The notes beneath the pieces were generated by a model, which was not told the DNA's origin, did no database searches, and saw only the letters and a list, made by a program, of their open reading frames with translations. This document shows, in pieces, positions 14,611-19,844 of a stretch of 32,000 nucleotides of DNA. The stretch lies in NCBI GenBank assembly GCA_016205145.1, contig JACQJH010000002.1:510001-542000 (forward strand), in the 5' to 3' direction. How positions within the stretch are numbered: the stretch's first letter is position 1; each line of letters starts with the position of its first letter. The position numbers and the translations under genes are program-made. The stretch comes from Candidatus Iainarchaeum sp. GTDB taxonomy: Archaea > Iainarchaeota > Iainarchaeia > Iainarchaeales > JACQJH01.

Positions 14611-15438
14611 ATGGCAAAACAGGGACTTTTGTTTGGCACGGCGGGAATGCCCCTCTCCTACAAAGGCAGGAGCGAGGGCGCAATGCCTTTCATCAAAAGC
14701 CTCGGCCTGGATGCAATGGAAATAGAGTTCGTGCGCGGCGTTTACATGAAAGAGGCGCAGGCGGAGGCATTGGGAAAGGCGGCGGAGGAAAACGGCATCA
14801 CTTTGACGGTGCACGCGCCATATTACATCAACCTGAATTCGGAAAAAAAGCAGACTGTCGGCATGAGCAAAAGCTTCGTCTTTGAAAGCGCGCGCATCGG
14901 CGCGATAGCCGGCGCAAAATCCATCTGCTTCCACGCAGGCTATTACGTCAAGGCGACGCCGGAGGAAACGTACGCGAACATAAAAAAGGCGGTCTCGGAA
15001 ATACTTGACAAAATGAAATCGGAGGGCGTGAAAACCGTTCTCGCGCCGGAAGTCAGCGGAAAGAAAAGCCAGTTCGGGTCGCTCGAAGAAGTCATTGCTT
15101 TGGGAAAGGAACTGGATGGCGTGCAGCCTTGCATCGATTTCGCGCACCTGCACGCGCGGACCGGCGGCAAAATGACTTCGCTGCAGGAATTCGAAGCAGT
15201 GCTCAGGCAGTTGCCCAAAAAATGGCTCGATTTCCTGCACGTCCACATGTCAGGCATGAATTTCGGCGAAAAAGGCGAAAAAAACCACCTCGTTTTCGGC
15301 GACCCCGGCAACAGGTTCCACTTCGAGCCGGCAATCCAGGCATTCAAAAAGCTCGGAGTGAAAGGCGTTGTGGTCTGCGAATCGCCGAACGTCGAGGAAG
15401 ACGCATTGAAAATGAAAAACTGTTATTTACAGAAATAA
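14611..15438 (+). CDS. Endonuclease IV-like TIM-barrel protein (AP endonuclease family 2)
   Basis: ORF 14599..15438 trimmed to ATG 14611. It has HAPYYINLNS, CFHAGYY, APEVSG, CIDFAHLHA and HVHMSG...GEKGEKNHL, which are the metal-ligand-like motifs of the Nfo / xylose-isomerase-like fold. 275 aa. Confidence 0.8.
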   Translation: MAKQGLLFGTAGMPLSYKGRSEGAMPFIKSLGLDAMEIEFVRGVYMKEAQAEALGKAAEENGITLTVHAPYYINLNSEKKQTVGMSKSFVFESARIGAIAGAKSICFHAGYYVKATPEETYANIKKAVSEILDKMKSEGVKTVLAPEVSGKKSQFGSLEEVIALGKELDGVQPCIDFAHLHARTGGKMTSLQEFEAVLRQLPKKWLDFLHVHMSGMNFGEKGEKNHLVFGDPGNRFHFEPAIQAFKKLGVKGVVVCESPNVEEDALKMKNCYLQK

Positions 15439-15440
15439 TC

Positions 15441-15625
15441 CAGCCAAGCCGGATTTCGCCACCAGTCCGGCCTATGCGAGCAGGGCAGTGCCTTGCAAAC
15501 CCCTTGCGTGGTATTGCTTGCGCAATACCACTTATGCACAAACAGCATACTCGGCGTATTGCAACAGCAATACGCCTTAGTTCGTACCAGCCGGACGAGA
15601 CGGCTGCGGGCGAAACCGCCGGGAA
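15441..15625 (-). ncRNA. Candidate structured RNA 'c2' (~175-185 nt), homologous to c1 and in inverted orientation
   Basis: On the minus strand CCGG-CGG-TTTCGCC (15622-15609) pairs with GGCGAAA-T-CCGG (15460-15449). Hairpins lie at 15588-15606, 15553-15576 (10 bp, TGTT loop), 15533-15549 (5-bp stem TATGC/GCATA, 7-nt loop) and 15508-15531 (10 bp, GCAA loop). An AT-rich box lies at 15650-15659 and a T-rich stretch (TTATTTCT) at the 3' end. Confidence 0.45.
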
Positions 15626-15636
15626 ATATATATAAA
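15624..15636 (+). promoter_or_regulatory. TATA-like box for the leaderless gene at 15660
   Basis: AAATATATATAAA ends 23 nt before ATG 15660. Confidence 0.5.
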
Positions 15637-15659
15637 CATGGCCGCGAAATAATTATTCT

Positions 15660-15938
15660 ATGCACTATTCGCCAGGCAGCCCGGCTGACCGGTGGTATAA
15701 CCGGCTTGGGGCATGGATAACGAGGAGCATCCAGCGCTTTGTCGGGTTCCTGTTCCTGCTGCTTGCAGCCGGCATAATCATCGGCGTCTTTGTCGCGACA
15801 AACAGGCCCCAGTACATAATCCCTGTTGTTCTCGCGCCAATCCTTATCGCATTGCTGTCCTATTATAGCAGGGGCATCGCAATCCTGATTTTTATACTGT
15901 TCATTCTGGGCTTTTTCGGTTTCTTTGCAGTACTGTGA
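15660..15938 (+). CDS. Membrane protein (92 aa, about 3 TM segments)
   Basis: ATG ORF with hydrophobic segments FVGFLFLLLAAGIIIGVFV, IIPVVLAPILIALL and IAILIFILFILGFFGFFAVL. It lies directly upstream of the ArsR-type gene. Confidence 0.55.
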   Translation: MHYSPGSPADRWYNRLGAWITRSIQRFVGFLFLLLAAGIIIGVFVATNRPQYIIPVVLAPILIALLSYYSRGIAILIFILFILGFFGFFAVL

Positions 15939-15948
15939 GCGGAGCAAA

Positions 15949-16509
15949 ATGGACGTAACATTGTCGCACAGCGATTTCAAGGCGTTGTCCTCGGGCACGC
16001 GCGCGAAAATCCTGAAGCTGCTCGCGGAACGCAATCACACTATGTCCGAGATTTCAAAAAAGCTCGGCCTTGCAGCGCCCACAGTGAAACAGCACCTTGA
16101 CATGCTGTCCGGAGCCGGGCTCATAGAACCGGTCGGGGAAAACAGGAAATGGAAGTATTATGCTCTGTCAAGGAAAGGCAGGGGCATAATCCAGAAAAAC
16201 GACTCTACAAACATCCTCATTGTAATGGCGGCAACGTTCGTTGCATTGGTTGTCATGCTTTTCAATCTTGTCGGCCAGTTCGGCAGAACTGCCGTGCCAT
16301 TGCAGGCAATGCAGAAGACCGCCTCCGAAAGCGGCATTGCCGGAAGCGCCGCCGATGCCCTTCGGACGGAAACTGCCACAGTGCCGCAGACGATTCCTGC
16401 ACCGGCGGGCTTCGACCCAATTGTCCTGAACGCCATAATAGTCATTGCCCTTGTGATTGCCCTGGCATATCTTCTTTCGCGATTGTCGAAAAAAGGCGAA
16501 GGAATTTAA
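15949..16509 (+). CDS. ArsR-family winged-helix regulator with two C-terminal transmembrane segments
   Basis: ORF 15925..16509 trimmed to ATG 15949, with GGAG 4 nt upstream. FKALSSGTRAKILKLLAERNHTMSEISKKLGLAAPTVKQHLDMLSGAGLI is an ArsR/SmtB-type HTH. It is followed by ILIVMAATFVALVVMLFNLVGQF and IVLNAIIVIALVIALAYLL. Confidence 0.8.
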   Translation: MDVTLSHSDFKALSSGTRAKILKLLAERNHTMSEISKKLGLAAPTVKQHLDMLSGAGLIEPVGENRKWKYYALSRKGRGIIQKNDSTNILIVMAATFVALVVMLFNLVGQFGRTAVPLQAMQKTASESGIAGSAADALRTETATVPQTIPAPAGFDPIVLNAIIVIALVIALAYLLSRLSKKGEGI

Positions 16510-16533
16510 GGTTGGCCTTCCGGCAATCCTTTG

Positions 16534-17112
16534 ATGCGCGGAAAAGGCTTTTTCGCTTTTGTTCTGGTAATTTTCTTCCTGCTCGCCGCAACGGAGTCGG
16601 CGGGCAGGCAATCCTCCTCGTTCCGCTCGTTCTCCGAAGCGCATCGCATTGCAATGGAGCTTGAAAGCCAGAACATGCTCCGGTCGAACGTTGAAAACAA
16701 CCTCGATTTTGTCGTGGAAAAAACAATGCGCAGGCAGATTCTCCTCGGAAGCACGGATCCGGCGCAATTGAAGCTTGCGCTGGACGAAAAGGTTTTTTCC
16801 TTTTTCCTGGAAACGCAAAAAAATGCACGGCCGCGAAACCTCGAATTCTCCGGAGCAACGGTTTACGGAAACCGGTATTCTGAAAACGCCGGCGCGGCGG
16901 CGCAGGAAAAACTTTCAATGGAATTCATTGGCCGGAATTCGGTTGCGTTCGTGGAACTGGCCGGCGGGGCATGGATTGCGGAATACCATTTTTCCGGCGG
17001 GCTTTACAGGAACAGCGCAGTGATTGGCCGGATTGTCTCCGAAGACAATGAAACCATGACGGTTTTTTTCCTGCCTGCAGGGTACTCTAAAACAGTTGTG
17101 GTGGTCGGTTGA
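16534..17112 (+). CDS. Pilin-like protein with a class III (type IV pilin-like) signal peptide
   Basis: MRGKG/FFAFVLVIFFLLAA is a short basic N-terminus followed by a hydrophobic helix. It is the first of four translationally coupled genes. Confidence 0.55.
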   Translation: MRGKGFFAFVLVIFFLLAATESAGRQSSSFRSFSEAHRIAMELESQNMLRSNVENNLDFVVEKTMRRQILLGSTDPAQLKLALDEKVFSFFLETQKNARPRNLEFSGATVYGNRYSENAGAAAQEKLSMEFIGRNSVAFVELAGGAWIAEYHFSGGLYRNSAVIGRIVSEDNETMTVFFLPAGYSKTVVVVG

Positions 17113-17450
17113 GCAATGGCCAGGCAAGCGTGGAAGCGATGGCCGCGATTGCGCTGATTCTTTCCGCTGCGGCGTTTTTCCTGTCCGGGCAGGCGCTTTT
17201 GGAGAACGCGGTTTCCGAAGCCGAAAAAAAGCTTGTCGCGAAAGCCGAAGCGCAGTCATGCGCGATTGTGGCGGACGCGGTTTTCAGCAATTCCCTCGGC
17301 TTTTCCGGAAAATACGGATGCGCTCCAACCGCCGGGGGAGTTGAAGGAATGGCTTTCGGAAAAACCGCTTCGGAAAAAACCCTGTCGGAAAAGTCCGCGG
17401 CATCAGGAGATGGGGGCCTTGAAACAATGGCACCGGAACATTATGCCTGA
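17109..17450 (+). CDS. Pilin-like protein with a class III signal peptide
   Basis: The TTG start overlaps the upstream stop (TTGA). (M)SNG/QASVEAMAAIALILSAAAFF has Gly-Gln at the putative cleavage site and Glu at +5. Confidence 0.6.
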   Translation: MSNGQASVEAMAAIALILSAAAFFLSGQALLENAVSEAEKKLVAKAEAQSCAIVADAVFSNSLGFSGKYGCAPTAGGVEGMAFGKTASEKTLSEKSAASGDGGLETMAPEHYA

Positions 17451-17910
17451 ACAAAACCAGGGCGGGGCATTCTTTTCCGCCGACCTGGCGATAGCGTTCG
17501 TGAGCCTTGCGTTCCTGTTTTTCCTGGTTTCCGAAACGCGCATTTCAGGCCTCAACGAAAAAACCGCGGAAAGCGAAAGCGTTTCCATGCAGAAAACCGC
17601 GTTTTTCCTCGCCGACTCCATGGTGAAAAACCGCGATGAAAACAACGCATTGCTTGGAATGGCTGCATTCAATGCCGGGGCGGGGCGCGTTGAAAGCAAT
17701 GCCCTGCCTGAAAGCCTTGAAGGCATGCGGTTTGCGCAGTTGCGCGGAAGCATTTTTGTCGAAAGCGTTTCAATCGCGTATTTTGACGGGAACTCCGTGG
17801 AAATATTCCGTGATGCGCGTGCCGGCGCGAAAAACTGCATTGCGACCGAAAGGCTTGTTCTCAGAGGCATGAAAAAGGCGCTTCTCAGGGCAAGGGTTTG
17901 CGGTGAATGA
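17443..17910 (+). CDS. Pilin-like protein with a class III signal peptide
   Basis: ORF 17233..17910 trimmed to ATG 17443, which gives an 8-nt overlap (ATGCCTGA) with the upstream gene. The N-terminus is MPEQNQGG/AFFSADLAIAFVSLAFLFFL. Confidence 0.55.
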   Translation: MPEQNQGGAFFSADLAIAFVSLAFLFFLVSETRISGLNEKTAESESVSMQKTAFFLADSMVKNRDENNALLGMAAFNAGAGRVESNALPESLEGMRFAQLRGSIFVESVSIAYFDGNSVEIFRDARAGAKNCIATERLVLRGMKKALLRARVCGE

Positions 17911-18283
17911 ATTGGGGAAAGGATTTTACCTGTCAATGGAGGCCGCAGTGAGCCTCCTGCTGTTTTCGGCTGCGGTCCTGGCACTCCAGCCGCCGCCCGC
18001 CAAAAGCCTCTCTGATTTATACGTGCTGCAGAAGGAAAACGACTTGCTGAAAATCTGGGTTAAAGAGGCAAAATTTGAAATTCAGGAAATGGAAAAAGAT
18101 TTCCTGTTTTCCTTTCCCGGCCGCCATGGTTTTGTCTCAATCAACGGGAAAACATTTGAAGCAGGCACGCCTGAGAATGCCCGGGAATGCGGGGATTTTG
18201 CCGTGTCTCAAGCGTTTTTCCTCGACGAAAATCTCAAAAAAACCGTGTTAAGGGTCGGCGTTTGCGCGGACAACGCCGCCTGA
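17903..18283 (+). CDS. Pilin-like protein with a class III signal peptide
   Basis: The GTG start overlaps the upstream stop by 8 nt. The N-terminus is (M)NELGKG/FYLSMEAAVSLLLFSAAVLAL. Confidence 0.55.
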   Translation: MNELGKGFYLSMEAAVSLLLFSAAVLALQPPPAKSLSDLYVLQKENDLLKIWVKEAKFEIQEMEKDFLFSFPGRHGFVSINGKTFEAGTPENARECGDFAVSQAFFLDENLKKTVLRVGVCADNAA

Positions 18284-18667
18284 CTTTTCAAGCGCCACAA
18301 CGGATTTTGGCGGAAGAAAAAAATCAAAGTCTTCCATCCGGCCCGAAAGTTCAGTTGAAAGTGTTTTGGAGAATTCTTCCCCGCTGCCGGACGCCGCGTT
18401 CAGGGAAATTTCGAGCATTCCTGCATTTGAGGATGCGCGCCATTCAGCCGAGTTTTGCGCGGCAATCGTTTTCCTTGACCCGTCCGCCAGGACAGCGAGT
18501 TCCATTGAAGCTGCCGAAAGCCTGTCCGCGAACGACCTTGCCTTGGCGGTTTCAGAAGAAGCCTGGGCAAGCCAGAGCGTTTTGTCCCACGCAAAGGCAA
18601 AAACAGCGAGAAGTGCAAGGCCTGCCGCAAGCAGGAGCAGGAATTCCATGCTCGCCTGCCCCTGCAT
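18248..18667 (-). CDS. Pilin-like protein with a class III signal peptide
   Basis: ORF 18248..18730 trimmed to ATG 18667. MQG/QASMEFLLLLAAGLALLAVFAF has Glu at +5. Its 3' end overlaps the convergent gene by 36 nt. Confidence 0.6.
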   Translation of the reverse strand: MQGQASMEFLLLLAAGLALLAVFAFAWDKTLWLAQASSETAKARSFADRLSAASMELAVLADGSRKTIAAQNSAEWRASSNAGMLEISLNAASGSGEEFSKTLSTELSGRMEDFDFFLPPKSVVALEKSGGVVRANADP

Positions 18668-18731
18668 GCCCTGCCCGCGTTTTGCGGGGAGAATGGCCGT
18701 TGTCTCACACGCAGCCACGCCAAGCACCACT

Positions 18732-18923
18732 TCAGATTTCGTCTATTTTCTTGAAAATTTCGCCGGTCTTCTTGTTTATGACCTTTGCGCCCTCGCTGCC
18801 AGTTTCCTGCAATTGCGAGACGAGCAGCAAAACCATTGCGACCACCGCGGCCAAAACTATTATGAGTTCGACGGAAATCTGGCCGTGCTCTTCGGAAAAA
18901 ATTTGCGAAAGTGCCCGAAACAT
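18732..18923 (-). CDS. Short archaeal pilin (63 aa, classic class III signal peptide); candidate major pilin
   Basis: MFRALSQIFSEEHG/QISVELIIVLAAVVAMVLLLV matches the 'GQIS.E..i...a' pattern of short archaeal pilins. A TATA-like TTTTAAA (18946-18952) lies 23 nt upstream of the ATG, consistent with a leaderless mRNA. Confidence 0.7.
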   Translation of the reverse strand: MFRALSQIFSEEHGQISVELIIVLAAVVAMVLLLVSQLQETGSEGAKVINKKTGEIFKKIDEI

Positions 18924-18978
18924 GACGGAACCGTTTGCGGAAAAGTTTTAAAGGCAACGCAGGAATTCGACGATTGCC

Positions 18979-18996
18979 ATACCGCGCCGGCGGTAT
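18979..18996. promoter_or_regulatory. Inverted repeat between the divergent pilin and site-2-protease promoters (candidate operator)
   Basis: ATACCGC-GCCG-GCGGTAT, with 7-bp arms. It lies between the pilin TATA-like box (18946-18952) and an AT-rich box (GTTATTAATGG, ~19018-19028) upstream of 19044. Confidence 0.3.
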
Positions 18997-19043
18997 TGGA
19001 AAAAAAACGGGAAAAAAGTTATTAATGGTTCGATGCAATATCC

Positions 19044-19685
19044 TTGCCTATGGAAGCCAAATTAAGCGTATTCGACTGGCCGTCGCTGATTGATGACAGG
19101 GAAAAACGGGATTTGCTTATTGCGTGGGTTGCCTTGTCAATCGCGTTCGGATTGAGCTTTGCCCGTAACGGCGGCCTGCTGTTTTCCTTTGCGACAAGCT
19201 TTCTCGCGGTCGGCACCGGCTTCATTTTCCATGAGCTCGGCCACAAGTTTGCCGGCATACATTACGGCGCAAGCGCGGGCTTCAGGAAATGGGATTTCGG
19301 CCTGGGCCTGGCCTTGCTGCTCGGCGCGATGTCTTTCTTCACGGGCTTCGGATTCATTTTCGCGGCTCCCGGCGCGACGTACATCTATTCCGAAAGCATT
19401 TCAAGGAAGCAGAACGGCTTAATCTCGCTTGTCGGCCCGGCAATCAACATTGCCCTGGCGCTAGCGCTTTTCCTGTTGAGCATTTTTTCCGCGATGTTTT
19501 TCCCTTCCGGGCTCATTGCCGGCGTCCTGCTGTTTGCCGCGATAATCAACCTCTACCTTGCGTTTTTCAACATGCTGCCGATTCCGCCGCTTGACGGCAG
19601 CAAGGTCATAGTCTGGAACCCGGTAATCTGGGGCGTTGTTTTCGTGCCGCTGCTTTTCCTGTTCTATTTTTCGGGCATACTTTGA
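19044..19685 (+). CDS. Site-2 protease family (peptidase M50) intramembrane metalloprotease
   Basis: The metal site is FHELGHKF and the second motif is FNMLPIPPLDGSKV. There are multiple TM segments. The start could also be ATG 19050. Confidence 0.85.
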   Translation: MPMEAKLSVFDWPSLIDDREKRDLLIAWVALSIAFGLSFARNGGLLFSFATSFLAVGTGFIFHELGHKFAGIHYGASAGFRKWDFGLGLALLLGAMSFFTGFGFIFAAPGATYIYSESISRKQNGLISLVGPAINIALALALFLLSIFSAMFFPSGLIAGVLLFAAIINLYLAFFNMLPIPPLDGSKVIVWNPVIWGVVFVPLLFLFYFSGIL

Positions 19686-19726
19686 AATCAGAATTAGAAA
19701 TTAATCGTGCAGAATTTATCTGACGT

Positions 19727-19844
19727 AAAAACTATCTGACATAGCTCGGCCTGAAATCAAAACTATGGCAGGGGGCTCCGCCCCCTCGCACGCCCCTGGA
19801 AAAAAAACTATCTCACGTAGCTTGGCCTGAAATCCGAATAGTGG
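19727..19844. repeat. Direct repeat: a degenerate non-coding copy (19727-19768) of the last 37 nt of cdc48, its stop codon and the following AAAAA (19803-19844)
   Basis: Repeat A is AAAAACTATCTGACATAGCTCGGCCTGAAATCAAAACTATGG and repeat B is AAAAACTATCTCACGTAGCTTGGCCTGAAATCCGAATAGTGG. 34 of 42 positions are identical. A GC hairpin, AGGGGGC-TCC-GCCCCCT (19770-19786), lies between them. Confidence 0.7.
19800..19807 (-). terminator. Oligo-T (T8) immediately after the cdc48 stop codon
   Basis: The A8 run on the + strand at 19800-19807 abuts the stop codon (19808-19810). Archaeal termination commonly uses oligo-T tracts. Confidence 0.6.

Noticed and set aside
14282-16034. ORFs covering the non-coding elements (14282..14683 -, 15423..16034 -, 15493..15720 +, 15129..15635 +, 14943..15347 -)
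   Set aside because: These are Arg/Cys/Pro-rich translations lying across hairpin arms or antisense to the endonuclease-IV-like gene. They have no motifs and no start-site context.
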